Program-made: the position numbers and the translations under genes | Source: Eremomyces bilateralis CBS 781.70 | Lineage: Eukaryota | Strand: one strand, 5' to 3' | Assembly (NCBI GenBank): GCA_010015585.1 | Contig: ML975161.1 | Length of the DNA: 64,000 bases | Part shown: positions 1 through 12,389 of the stretch, in pieces | Layout: each line of letters begins with the position of its first letter | How positions within the stretch are numbered: position 1 is the first letter of the stretch | The notes under the pieces: generated by a model | Told to the model about the DNA's origin: nothing | The model's database searches: none | The model's input: only the letters and a program-made list of their open reading frames with translations

Positions 1-111
1 CAAAAACAGAAGTATAAAATAGGAAACACTCGCCCAAATACTACTATTTCTCCAATTCGCCTTCCTCTCATCTACATTATCTCCTTTCCCCTCACGATCT
101 ACAACGTCATC

Positions 112-480
112 ATGTCTTCTCAGGGTCTTTTCCCTGTTCTTGTGGCCTTTGCCGGCAACTCCCAATCCCATGAGGTGATACTTATTGATGAAAAAACCGA
201 GTCCTTCAACGCACTCGCCACCCATGTGTACGCCCACCTAGGCCCTCATATCGACGATGAGTACCGTCCGAACGGACAAGAACGCCATATCACCAAGATG
301 TGGGTGCAATGGAACCAAGTGAAGACGAACGAATTCCCCCTCAAAACGTATTTCTCAGACACCAATATCGGTGCGCTCCTGCACCTTTTGGCTGCTCGAG
401 GCGGCGTCGATAAGGTCTATGCATGGCTCAATGAAATTGACGACCCGGAAGAAGAATATGACGACCCGGAAGAAGAATAG
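112..480 (+). CDS. Small acidic hypothetical protein (122 aa)
   Basis: ATG in good context after a CT-rich leader and TATAAAA (~13-19); C-terminal 21-bp tandem duplication (DDPEEE twice); GT..CTAAG..TAG intron-like segment 481-535 directly after the stop. Confidence 0.6.
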   Translation: MSSQGLFPVLVAFAGNSQSHEVILIDEKTESFNALATHVYAHLGPHIDDEYRPNGQERHITKMWVQWNQVKTNEFPLKTYFSDTNIGALLHLLAARGGVDKVYAWLNEIDDPEEEYDDPEEE

Positions 481-1745
481 GTATGCATCCGTTCTTCATG
501 TCTCTCATGGTGGTAGTTTACTAAGCTTTTGTTAGAATGCTCTGTCCCTAGGCACTGCAGGATGTTGTGAGCTGGTATCGGAGATACCTCACGTGGGATT
601 AGATCTCTTAGAGAGCGTGCAAGGCGAGCAGATGATCATAGACGAAGATGTCAATTCACAACTCGAGCTATGAGTCGAAGATAGCTTTCAAGTTTCAACC
701 TCAATTGCTCGACGAGCCACCCCCACCCATCCATCTGCAGCTGCGGGCGCTGGGATCTCAGGACACGTCCGTCTTCTGTCCGGACGCCCGCATGCTCGCG
801 AAACCGTGATCGCGATTCGTGACCGCCATCGCAGGTTTTCGTATTAAGTCGTGTCGTCGATCCATCGTCCCAATATCAACGTCCTGCGACTGAACTTTTC
901 ATGATGTTAGATTGCTTCATCACGGGAGATAGCCGCTTTCGGGTTAGAGAATCAATCGTGAAAATTAATTGGAGGGGGAATTGGACTACCGGGTGCCCGG
1001 GCTTGGCGGGTTCCCTGTCGATTTGGTGCTAACGTGCCCCGCAGTGGCGGCTCGACCAGCCACAGCGAAGGGGCCTGGCACAGGGGGTGGACGCGGCGGA
1101 ACCGCAGCACCTGAGCCGAGGCCGCTAGGGAAGTGTTGAATAGTAGTACGGAATAGTAGTGTGACTGAATCACGTTCCGCCGCCAATTCCGTTGCTCCTT
1201 CCAACCGTGATGAGAGGCTGTTCCGCCACTGCGTTGCGCTTGCGGATAGAGGGCGTGTTGGTATCGGTTTCCACTCATTGTGAAGATGATAGTTTTGAGA
1301 GTTTGGTATCTTGACGCTTTGTGGTTGTTCGTATGCGGTTCACCAACTCGAGTTGGTTTGCGTTGGGGGGCGGAAGGAGGATAGGGTTTCGCCTGCTTCT
1401 CACCAAACAGGAGAACGCCTACACAGTAAGCGTATCCCCCCAAAGACAGCTCTGCTTTGGCTCGGACGGTGTATATTGTCTCTGCATACAATATGACCGT
1501 CAGGTTCCCGGGCCTCACCAACGTGGAGGTACAGAGTCTGCTTTCAGATGCCCGTATAATACTATATAGCCACCTTATATATTAACCTAAGATCGTCGGT
1601 CTTCACCCATCGCCGATCAGTATGAAGCAGAGAAGCAGAGACGAAACTGAACGATTGTTGGCCTATTTAATAGGCAACCAGCGTAAGCGCTGAAAATACT
1701 TCCATTCATGTTACGCTAGGTCGCTGAACGAACGCTGAGAACTCG

Positions 1746-4281
1746 CTACAGTCTTTGGACAAAATAATAATCGGAAAAGCAAAGGCTAATGAAAGCTACC
1801 TGCTCGCTTTCCAACTTCCGACTCCTGCTGTGGCAAGCTGGGGGCTCACGATCCCTTAAGTCCTTCTGTGCTTCCTGGAGTGTCTTCTTCATATCGGAAT
1901 AGAGGGTCGGATCGGGCTTCCTCCGCCTCCTACCACCTGGAAATACAACCCTCCGCACTCGATTCACGCAAGGAATCAGTGGCTGATAGTACGGCGTGAA
2001 GAACTGCCCAACAGTCTTAAGAAAATCCATTTCTTCAACCACGATGCCCTTTTTCAGATTTGCCAATAGTTCCGTACCCATGAAGTTCCACTTGTCAAAC
2101 TTCGGGACGACCCTGCCTCTTTCATCTAGTCTCCTGTAGTGAATGCATGTCCAGAAGAGCACCCAAAAGAAAGACTCGATATCATGCATAAAGGTGCGTT
2201 TCTCGTCGTTAAGTAGGGCCCCTATTGCCATAAAAGCTCTGGTTCCGGTCTTGCCTCGTGCTCCGGAAGGCTCCTCTCGCTGCACTCTGACTGCAAGATC
2301 TAGGTCGATCAGAAATGCTGACCGCGAAGGGTTCTCTTCATTCTCGTTAATCATGAGGTTGCCTTGTGATATGTCGCAGTGCCATATATTGCCGGTTTCG
2401 TGCAGATTCTTGTATCCTTTCTGGTCAGCATGTAATACGCAAGAGACTCCGATCATGTCCTTACCTTCGATGCAACCCATTAGAGCACCCAGCAAGGCCC
2501 CTCGAGAGCTTGCACGATAGATAGGTTTTCCGTAATCGCGAACGATGACACAGCGATGCACGCGATTCGGTACTACATTCCTCGGATCCGGCTTTGTTGG
2601 CGAGCTCGAATACGCTCGCTTGCTGGGCGGCAACTCTGCGTCAGAGCCGCTGAGCGACTTCTTTTCCTGACACTGCCTGCACTTCGACCTCTTTCTTTAG
2701 TGAGAGGGGGCAACATTATCGAGCTTTTCGGTTTGTAGTTCGTCGCTTTGCTGGTATCTAGGCCCTTGCGGACACCGCCATAAACGTCATCCACCTCGCT
2801 GCCCACGCACACGGTCTCGTGGTGGTAGTACCTTGCCACGTTCGTTACATTCTTTTCAGTGGCTTCTTGCAGCAGCAAGCCTTCCTCTTCACGTTCCAGA
2901 TACTGCCAAGAATCTTTAATGACGAGAGGTTCCCGTGATTCATCCCCCTCGCGATATGCTTTCCAGCACGTTGTTGCACGGCCCACCACACAAGCCGCTC
3001 GCCGTATAACTCATCGATGATGAGGCGTTCTATCTTGCCATTGCGTTCAATCTCGATGTATCGCATGCCATCTGAGGTTGAGATGGTTGGATCGAATCCA
3101 AGCTGCTCCCTGTTCATCTACAGGTATCCCAACACGGCCGAACCGAATTGCTGCCCCTCCATGTTAATGCCAAACGACGGTGAGGCGATTGCGCCTGCCC
3201 GGTCAAACGACCATAGCCGCATTACAGGTCCGCAAAGCGTAAATCCGAGAACGAAGCGACGGCTGTCCTGCGCTGCCAGCACCTCTCTTGCGCATCTACC
3301 AAGGTCAAGCAACGTTTGGGACACTGTATCCAAGGTGTGGTTGCTCTTGAGCTCCTCTGGCACGAGAACCTGCGACCAGTGGCACTTGGATGTTTCGCTA
3401 GCCTTCGGATCGTCCACGAAGCCAAAATCCAGCTTGCGGTCCGCCGTCGACCCTTCCAACCCCCTGTCAGTTGCGCAAGTGGCCTACGCAGAGTTTTTTT
3501 TAGCCTGATTGTGCATGGCTGAGAGATCCACGAGACGGTCGGTAAATTTTGCGAGCCAGCTTAGAACGTCCTTCTCCTTTGAGCCCTGCGGTCAGTCCCG
3601 CCAACCGCCCTCTTGACTGTACAGTGGATCATCTCCTTCCTTGCATTTTTTGAAGACAGCTTCGGCTGCCGATGTAAGGCCGTCCACTTCCCTAAAGAAG
3701 ATTTCGTAGAACCTGGGAACCCCAATGTATACCGACGCTAGCTCTTCCTTTAGGGCACCGTCCATATATTTCCGATGCTCGGAGGAGTTGACAAAGCTGC
3801 TCGTGTTGCGTGTCAACGGGGTCTGGTTCACGTACGGCAGCGGGCGGGGAGGTGTGGACTCGGCGACGGCGTCGGTCGCCTTGTTCAAGACATCCTCATC
3901 TGGTTCTTTGTTAAAGATCGCCCTCTGGAGTGGAAGGACGCGGTCGACGTCAAAGTCACTGGAGTTGATACCGGCACCTAACCCTTAGAGGTTATGGAAG
4001 AGCGTTCCGTGACTAATCCTAGAAGGAAGCAGCCGGCATACTGGAAGACTCTGGAGGGCTGACACGAGATCAAACCCCAGATTCTTCAGTTCTGCGCTCG
4101 TTAGAATGGGCGATACAAAAGGTGAGCGAGCGTTACCGCCGTCTTCAAGTTGGTGCAGCGTGTCCAAAGATGGAGGGACATCCCGCCTCGCACCGAAAGA
4201 CTCAAGGGAGCTGCGGAACGCGTCCAAGGCTTTTCCGATTGGGTTGGCCTTAATTATATCTAAAATTGAGATACTTGACAT
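1746..4281 (-). pseudogene. Fungal-type (FunK1/Pkinase_fungal) protein kinase pseudogene
   Basis: Family motifs GSTADRKLD, VLGFTLCG, LGFDP, GRATTCWKA, VIKDSW, HCDISQGNLM, LIDLDLA, TGTRAFMA, HDIESFFWV are spread over several ORFs; in-frame stops at ~3985, ~3592 and ~3118; frameshifts near 3495, 3005 and 2630; intron-like segments near 4091-4135 and 2420-2465. Confidence 0.9.
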
Positions 4282-4763
4282 GGTAGAGATGTGTCAAAGA
4301 GTGCAGGATACGAGAGAGCATGGAGCGGAGACGTGATAGATAGGTATCCGCGCCCCTGGTTCGAAAATAATTCACCATTCTGTACCTTACATATGCCGAG
4401 ATATTATATCTGCCTGCGAATCGGACCGAGCCGAGTAGGCGGGAAATATTTAGAAAATTGGAATCGACCAATGAGCGTCCACGGTAGGCAAGCCGCCCAT
4501 TCTGGCAGTCGACCTGCCGCCGCAACTTTTACTTGATATCATTTTGCAAGAGTGCACTGCACAGGTATGGTACAAGCATCAATCAACATCGTCCCACAAT
4601 TTCATAGGACTAAGTCTGCAAGGCGATAAGGCTGCTAGATTAGTGCCTTAATGTATGAACAGGAATTTGAATGAACTCCTGAAGGGTTTCCCCACACTCA
4701 GAATTATCTCAACGTCCTATCTACAATTCAGAGATGCTTTGGCATCAATTATGGTAGAATTTA

Positions 4764-5066
4764 CGGAGGTCCATTTCAAAAGTTATTGCTCGCCAAGAAA
4801 GGGTCTTGATTATATAAGCCGTTCGAAAGCCGATAGCACGGGTAGTAGGGTGCCTAGCCAACGGGCGGGTACTACGCGCGGTAAATCAAATGCCTGGCGC
4901 CCTTGCCTCGAATTAGGCTCTATAAGACCTGAATTAAATGCCCAGTTAATAGGCAGTTCAGTGCCCGTGGGCCGTGGGCCCGTGGCAATGTGGCATAGGC
5001 TCTCGAAACTGCTTATATAATCACGCCACTTCCTTGGCGAGCAATAACTTTTGAAATGGACCTCCG
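4764..5066. mobile_element. Non-autonomous MITE, Tc1/mariner-pogo type
   Basis: 34-bp perfect terminal inverted repeat CGGAGGTCCATTTCAAAAGTTATTGCTCGCCAAG, extending imperfectly to ~60 bp; TA on both flanks (4762-63, 5067-68); no coding capacity. Confidence 0.9.
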
Positions 5067-5257
5067 TATTGTATTTCCAATTCAGTGTAATATGATTTCT
5101 AGGTATGAGTAAGTTGGACCGTGCTCCTAGCGCGTCGGTCACAGTTCGCACCGCTGTATTCAGGGCTCATGCATTATCCCGAGGCTCGGAATGACCGTGT
5201 CTTTTACTCCGTTTGCTGCCCGAACGTTCGTTCTGCTTCAAATCGAGTCCAAAAACC

Positions 5258-7459
5258 ATGTCTGAAAAAAGAAGAAAGAACGGCAAGCAACAGTCGTGTG
5301 AGCCATGCCGAAAAGCCAAGGTCAAATGCGACCATGCTAGTCCGGTTTGCGGTCGATGTCGGATTCGAGGACGCGCCAGCCAATGTTACTATCATCCCGC
5401 TCCGTTGACGAAGCCGAGATTGAACGCGACCTCCACTACGCAAACCGATCGGTACGGAATATTCGGAATTTCCAGCGCGTTGCCTTCCCATGGCGATCAG
5501 CCAGATTTCCGGAGAGATAGCACGGCGTTCGACCATTTACTGGCGGCTGCTGCTGCGGATCATGAAATCGTCGTCCCAAATACTCCTGAGGCCGTGGAGT
5601 CGAACCACAACGAGTCGGGGTATTTGGGCGCCACTAGCTATACGAATGCACTGTTGGAAAGCGCTCCGAAAGAATACCGGTCTCCTACCAACCACACATC
5701 CTCAGACTTTGGGCTGAACACCATGTCTTCAGATGGTGTGATGGACCATAATAAAGCCGAGTTTCTCAAGAAAGGTGCCGACGTGCTCGCTATAATACCA
5801 CGACTGTTGCCCGTCTTCCCTATGTTTCCGTCCTATCAAACTCAAACAAACCTGGCCATCGTTCCGCTTCCGATTGTCGTGCATACTGCGGAGTTCCTGG
5901 AACAGCTTGTGACCAACCACGACTTCCTACAAATCGAGCGCGAGCGGATGCAAATCTGTTCCAGAATGCTAGTCAATACCTCCAGGCCCCTGAAGGTGAG
6001 CCCGGAGATGACCGGTAGCCAGTTTCATCTCCAGTTCACCGGGGACAATTTTCGTTTCGAGACGCTGGCGTGGATGTTTGCGCTGGCAGGAGTGGGGATT
6101 CTCTGCGGAGAGGAAAAGGTATTTGGCGGACGGGAGTCGGAAGCTAGAGCGATACGGATGAGGATTCGCGAGTTGATCATAGCTAGCGATGCGTGTATCG
6201 AGATCTGTGCGAGCTACGGGATTTCTACGGTCAACGACGTATTTATTTGGGGCATGTTGCAGAATACGGTATTGACCACAATGTACCACGGAGATTCGAG
6301 TACGTTGCTTCTTGTCCGTGTATCAATTGGAACTGACTTCATAGGCTACATCGCAACAAGAAGAGCCGCAGACCTCGCTACTGCTATTTTCGCTTTGGGT
6401 ATCCACCAAGAGTGCAAGATCTCCGAAAATGTCCCCGGGTTCCTCACGCACTGTCGTCGCAAGACATTTGCCGGATCATACTACATTGATAAGACAATCG
6501 CTACGTTTGTGGGACGACCTCCCCGAATCCCCATGCGATTCTCTGATATCCAGGCTCCACTCGATGTTAGTGACGATACCATCCTTGGAGGGCCCGAAAT
6601 AATTAACGACGAAGTCTCCAAGCTTGATCCTGAAGGATATAATCCGGACGGCAAGTTTCATCCAAACACTTCATTACGGACGCGATTCAAGATGAGCGTC
6701 ATCCGGGAGAAGATCTTGGAACTGTCACTGGGCAACGATAAAACGGACCTGGACAACAAGGCCCAACATCTCACGAATGAGCTCGAGGCTTTATGGGAAT
6801 CGTTGCCGCGCTGGTTGAAGTTCGATGACAAGACGGATGATGCGAGGCGCTGGGCGAAGACTCACACCTTCTACACGGATTATCTTTACAGCCATTTCCT
6901 TCTGGAGCGGATCCGCGCCACAAAATGCCGTTCCGGTGGAGAACGACACCTGCACGTCTCCCGTGAAATGCTCACCACCGTCCTAATGGTGTCGAAACGA
7001 GTTTTCTGGTGCCAAAGCGATTGGTTTCTCCTCTTCTACGGCCTTCCCGCCGCGGCGGTCCTGGCCGCCGATCTCCTACGAGCACAACAACTAGGTCTCA
7101 GCGCCACGGAGTCGCCCAGCCTCACTCACCGAGCGTCCATCATCCGAAACCTCAGTGTATTCCTCGCCGCGCTCGAATCGGCCGCACAAGCGGACCTGGG
7201 TAACCGACGGGCTTGTACAGATGCAAGAGACACGCTCGGTCGAATTCTGGACGCTATTCTCGATCCGAACCCGCCGCCGTCAAGTCAACGATCGAGACAG
7301 AGTGACGAACAGCCTGCAAGTCAGATGATCGACGCGGTGGTTGATCAGTGGCCGTTTGGCGATGACCTGTTCGGGCTGAATGGCGAGGCGCTACCTTGGG
7401 ATCCGTTCATGGCAGGCCTCGACGAGATTGACCTAAGTACTCCTTTTCAGCAGGGTTAA
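5258..7459 (+). CDS. Zn(II)2Cys6 transcription factor with fungal TF middle homology region
   Basis: CEPCRKAKVKCDHASPVCGRC...C cluster at the N-terminus; RRK..YYIDK..FVGRPP motif; probable in-frame 45-nt intron 6300-6344. Confidence 0.93.
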   Translation: MSEKRRKNGKQQSCEPCRKAKVKCDHASPVCGRCRIRGRASQCYYHPAPLTKPRLNATSTTQTDRYGIFGISSALPSHGDQPDFRRDSTAFDHLLAAAAADHEIVVPNTPEAVESNHNESGYLGATSYTNALLESAPKEYRSPTNHTSSDFGLNTMSSDGVMDHNKAEFLKKGADVLAIIPRLLPVFPMFPSYQTQTNLAIVPLPIVVHTAEFLEQLVTNHDFLQIERERMQICSRMLVNTSRPLKVSPEMTGSQFHLQFTGDNFRFETLAWMFALAGVGILCGEEKVFGGRESEARAIRMRIRELIIASDACIEICASYGISTVNDVFIWGMLQNTVLTTMYHGDSSTLLLVRVSIGTDFIGYIATRRAADLATAIFALGIHQECKISENVPGFLTHCRRKTFAGSYYIDKTIATFVGRPPRIPMRFSDIQAPLDVSDDTILGGPEIINDEVSKLDPEGYNPDGKFHPNTSLRTRFKMSVIREKILELSLGNDKTDLDNKAQHLTNELEALWESLPRWLKFDDKTDDARRWAKTHTFYTDYLYSHFLLERIRATKCRSGGERHLHVSREMLTTVLMVSKRVFWCQSDWFLLFYGLPAAAVLAADLLRAQQLGLSATESPSLTHRASIIRNLSVFLAALESAAQADLGNRRACTDARDTLGRILDAILDPNPPPSSQRSRQSDEQPASQMIDAVVDQWPFGDDLFGLNGEALPWDPFMAGLDEIDLSTPFQQG

Positions 7460-7645
7460 GGATGCCCATCATGCGCACAGTGCCATCACTGGCGTTTCGA
7501 ACGAATCGAATATGCTGCTGGCGCGGCAGTGAATCGTCAATTGACGCTGTTCGTGTAATCTCTCGGCAGCACCGGTCTTCCAATCAACACCATGGGTGAT
7601 ATGGACAATTTTCAATCAATAAGATATATACATGAAGAGGACATC

Positions 7646-9307
7646 TTAATTGAACAGCCCGGAGAACAGGCTCCCAAGTCCACTGAACAGCCCGGAGCCA
7701 CCACTGCTGCTACCACCTCCTTGGCCACTGGAGCTAGAGCTACTTCCTCCAAAAAGACTAGCCAAACCGCTCAAGCTACTCCCGCCACTGTTAGCCGATT
7801 CCCCTGATCCCGACGATCCCGAAGATCCCGACGATCCCGACGATCCCGACGTACCGCTTCCACCCAAGAGCCCTCCCAGGCCACCACCACCACCAAGGCC
7901 TCCCATAAGCCCTCCGATGCTGGTGCTGGCGGGAGCGGCCGAATTCTGGTACTGACCAGCAGTTGCTTGACCCTTCGGGATGCGGACAAACATGATCGCA
8001 ATAGACATGATGGATGACTGCTTTCCGCCGTGGTCGAGCACCCCTTTGTACACATCGTAGTCGTAGTTCCCTTTTAGCTCCCACTTCTGGCCCTTCTTCA
8101 ACTGCGGCACCGGCAACGGATATTTGCACAGCGACATCGAGCTGATATGCTCGACCGCCGTCCCGCCTTCCATGTCGTGTCCCATGTCCGTGCCCCCCCC
8201 GTGCCCATGGCCCCCACCGATGTACTCCGGCGTCTCGCCGTACTTCGCGCTGCTCACGCAGTTCTCCTTCCCATCGACCGACAGCGACGAGGAGACCCCG
8301 CCGTCGTGCAGATGACCGGCATACCCGACCACATCGCCGTCGAAATTTGCGGTCCACGGCTTTGCGGTGACGGTGAACTTCCCCGTCTCCGACGTCGGCA
8401 TGACCTCGGACGTCCCGCAGTTGTTCGCGTCGAACCACACGGGGCGGAGGTCATCGTAGCCGGCCGGGCTGCCGTCGATGTAATCGTACGTGAGTGTGAG
8501 GTACGCGAGGGCTTCCTCGACGTTTTCGTTCATCAGGTCGACGATGAGGCGGAATTCGTCCGACGCGCGGAGGTGGTAGCCGATCTTCATGGGGACGTCC
8601 TGGAAGAAGGAGGGGGTACGCTCGTTGCCGGACGACCACATTCTCTCCGAGGCGGTGGCGGAGGAGCCGATGATCATGTGGGGAAGGGACAGGCTCGCTC
8701 CCGCGCAAGTGGCATCGTTGCGGCCAGGACCGACAGCGAAGTGGACGTACTGTCGAGGTTAGCACGTTTCTGACAAGATCCAAAGGGCGTCTTACGTGGT
8801 GCAGCCAAAGCCCCTTGTCGATGTTCGCGTTGGCCCCATCCGGGAACTCCAGCCCGGCGTTCATGCCGACAATGACACACTCATCGCACGGCTTCGGCGC
8901 CTCCTTATCCGGATAATTGAACAGCGTGCCACTGTGCCCCGACAAGGCGTGCGTAACGTTGGAACCCGGAATCTTATAGGGTCCATATCGGATCTTCACC
9001 GTCTGCGCGCCCTCGATCCGCGGCTCGAGAACCTGCTTCGCTGCCGCGGCCCCAGCCGGTGCCGGAACTTTCCCAAACCCAGCCGCTATATTCCATCCTG
9101 TCAGTTTCACCTCCCCGCGACGATGTTCGAACGCTACGCACGATTGAGCATCCCCGAAATCATCCCCCCCAACCCCTGGCGCTTCTCCAGATCTTCCTGC
9201 ACCGCTCGCGGAAGATACTGTGGGTCGACGGGATGGCCCATGTAGGACGGCAGCGCCGCCGCGCTGGCCGAGCCGGCGGCCGCGAGCAAAAGAGCGAGGT
9301 TCTTCAT
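7646..9307 (-). CDS. Secreted protein with putative copper monooxygenase (PHM/DBH-like) motifs and a Gly/Ser-rich tail; 3 exons
   Basis: Signal peptide MKNLALLLAAAGSASAAA, KR site, introns ~9098-9141 and ~8750-8795 join the ORFs; WLHH, GHLH and C-terminal IMSIAIMF motifs. Confidence 0.8.
7806..7850. repeat. 9-bp coding tandem repeat (GATCCCGAC) x5 encoding SGS repeats
   Basis: Directly visible. Confidence 0.85.
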
Positions 9308-11070
9308 CGTTGCGAACGGATGCTATCGCTCTACGACGGCGGAATGAAAGAAAAGAAGACTTGAGGTCACGAAGGAGCGAACGACTGGAGTGTGGGAAGA
9401 AGAAGCGAATGGGCCACCATGCAAAGTGAGGTTCGTGTGCTTTATACCAACCACACGTCGCTATAATTCTAGTTGGTTCAATTAACGGAATACAATGCCA
9501 AGAGGACGATCGGCGAATTCCTCCACAGCGCCACGGCGGATTGCATTTGCTGAATCGTCAGGCTGTCTGGATGGAGATCATGAGCCACAACCCTAATTTG
9601 CAGAGGCATGGATATCGGAAGAGCTTGCTGCATTCACTACTACTTCTCTCGGTCGCCCGGCCGATGATCTCTGCGAAACGACGACCCAGCAAGCAATCAT
9701 TGCTCGGCAGCGCTGCGGTTGGTGGACCAAGTTCGCAGATATTAACGCGGTGGCATCTCCCATCGACGAGCCAGCATGCTGCAATATGCCGCTGGCCACA
9801 TTTCGCTATATGTGGTGATGGATGTAGGAAGCAACTTCTCTGGAAACCAATGTAGATTAATTACCAGATTGCCTAGAATTGGCCGGACTAGGTTTCGTCG
9901 CTTAATGTAGCGGAAACTTCACCCCATGAAAACTCTCACGTGTAATCACGCTGGTCTGGAGAAGATGCATCAAGTACTGGGGTACCTCTGATATATACAT
10001 CTGCCAAGCTCTGAGATTAATTGCTTAAACACACCTTGGAATGCGGAGGATCTACTTGATGATGCGCACTAAGGAGCGATCTCCCTACAAAACATTGGGT
10101 CAGAACCGTCAGATCAGTTCAGTTCTGTCCGTTCGCGCAGGCATCGGAACCTTAACCGACCTTAACCAGAGAGCAGGTCAGTGGAAATCGACAACGAACC
10201 GGTTTTGCAGAACATGCAAGAAAGCATTTTTGGTAGAGAGTAAATAGTTGAAACGTTTCATGGCTCGCCGGATAAACAACACGCTGTTTCGCATGTGATA
10301 CTATTTAGTGCGCGACTCGCCCTAATCCAAGGCCCTAAGATCGAAATCCATCCTGACCAACCCCGCCTATAGGAACTCGTGGGTCGGAGTGCATGAGAGG
10401 GATCATCCATCTCATCGGCCACGCCGCCTAACAAATGGCGGCGCTGGATCTCTCGTCGAAGCATGCAAGCCCTAAGATATCTGGCGGCAAGAAAGTCGAT
10501 TGGATATGCCATGAGGGGCGTTCCGGTAGTTAGACGACGAAGAATCGAAAGGCATGGTGGTCAGTGGGAGATTGAACCGGGTGAACGTATATTCGTCAAT
10601 CTAATTCGAAACGGAGAGAAACAAGCTTATTTCTTTGACGACACACATCGGGGCCGTCATCCAATGGCATACCCCTCTCAAACGTCGCCGCATCATAGAA
10701 ACAAGGGATTCATTCAATAGGTACGGATACTATACGGAATACGACGACGCCCGACGAACCAAAATAGTTCATCTGACGATCTTCATCTGCCCCGACCAAG
10801 GAGACGGGTGAGTAGATTATAACCTGAAGGGACAAGAGACATTGGCAAACCCCTCCGCATGGACTTCGTCATGTCCTCATATCCATCTTCATCAACCAGC
10901 CATGCGTCGTGACGATGGGGGATCTACCGAGCCGTGCGCCGGCGCGGAGCTGAAAATCAAAGAGCGAAGATGACGTGAAGCGAATCCAAGCCTGATAGAA
11001 GAATCAATGAGATGGGATCCCGCAGCTGTGCCATATCGCCCATAATACTCAGCAAGGACGACCATCGGAT

Positions 11071-12389
11071 CTATTCCCGCCCCACGACCCTCCGCTCAAA
11101 GTCCTCCGCCAACCTCATCCCTTCCACCACCTCCAATCCCCTTCCAAGCCCTACCCGACTCTGATCCTCCCACCATTTTACCCCGCTCTCCTCCCTCCTC
11201 TTCCTCCCTTCATCCTCCGTATCCGTATCCGCCAGGCCCGCCCACTCCCCATCTCCGCCCAACACAACCACGATCTGTCCGACCCACTTCCCCAACTTCT
11301 CGACGGTATCCCCGTCCGCGCCGGCGAGGCCCTCGGTCAGATACACGACGTCAGGGGCGAGGTGGCGCAGCATGTGAAGGTGGCCGGCCGGAGAGGCGAA
11401 GGGCATGACGCAGGTTGGGGCGTCGACGAGGCGGTCGGCGTGGGCGCGGAGGATGTTGTAGCGGGAAGCACTGGCGGAGAGGTCGGTGGCGGAGAGGGCG
11501 GGGGTGAGTGGTTGGAGTTCGGAGGCGGGAGTGATGGCGGGGGTGGAGATGGCGGAGTAGGAGGACGCGAGGGAGGCGGGTTGGGTGGGTGGGGAGGAGA
11601 GGTGGGGAGCGTAGATGAGGATGAGGAGGTTGACGGAATCATGGTCAACGGAGTTGAGGTGGGAGAGGAGGGACTGGAGAGGTATTAGTAGTTGTTAGGG
11701 GTTTGAGAAGGAATACATACCGCTTGCTCAGAATAGCTTCCTTCTTCCTCTTCCAAAGAACCCGCTTCGGCACTCACGACAATCGCAACCGTCCGCCTTT
11801 TGATATTCCGCTTTCTCGGATCCGCCTCTTTCATCGAACCTTCCGTTCCAGCACCATCTCCCCTCCTCCCCACCTCCTCCTCCCACCTCTCATGATCCAC
11901 ATAATCGCTATCCTTCCCCTCCTCGCGTATCGCCCCCAACGCCCCACCCACCATCGCCCCCGCCGCCGCCATCCCGGCCTGCACCCGCTTCCCCGCCGCA
12001 TCGATCATCTGCTGCGGACTTGGCGTCCTCTTCATTGCCCCCGCCATCCTCGCCATCAACGTCTCCTCCCCAGGCACCCCAGACCCAAACCCCTCTCCCG
12101 ACCCAATCACCCCCATCTGCGGTCCCCGCTCGTCCATCGTAACATCGTATCCCGGCGGCGGCGGGTCCGCGCGTCGCTTCCCCTTCCCCGGCCGCGCGGA
12201 CCCCTGCCCTTCGCCGTAGCTGAGGCTGCTGGTGTCTGGGTCGTCGTCGCTGTCGGAGTCGTCGGCGGCACTGCGCTCGCGCCAGATCCAGGTCGCGATG
12301 CCGGCGGTGGCGATGGAGCCGATGAGGAAGAGGGGGACCCAGTGGCCGAGGAGGGAGTGGCGTTCGCGGGAGCGGGCGCGCTGGGACAT
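11071..12389 (-). CDS. PEX22: Peroxin-22-like protein (filamentous fungal Pex22/Fam1 type); intron 11674-11720
   Basis: N-terminal TM anchor GHWVPLFLIGSIATAGIATWIW; C-terminal GHLHMLRHLAPDVVYL, WVGQIVVVLG..GLADTD and VGLGRGLEVVEG motifs; canonical intron joins the two ORFs. Confidence 0.72.

Noticed and set aside
952..1521. 189-aa minus-strand ORF
   Set aside because: No recognisable domain or convincing gene structure
1746..4281. A-to-I editing rescue of TAG/TGA Trp stops, as in some fungal sexual-stage genes
   Set aside because: The kinase and tannase also carry several frameshifts that editing cannot repair
10463..10910. Short plus-strand ORF and following fragments
   Set aside because: Could be a gene relic, but no motif supports a call
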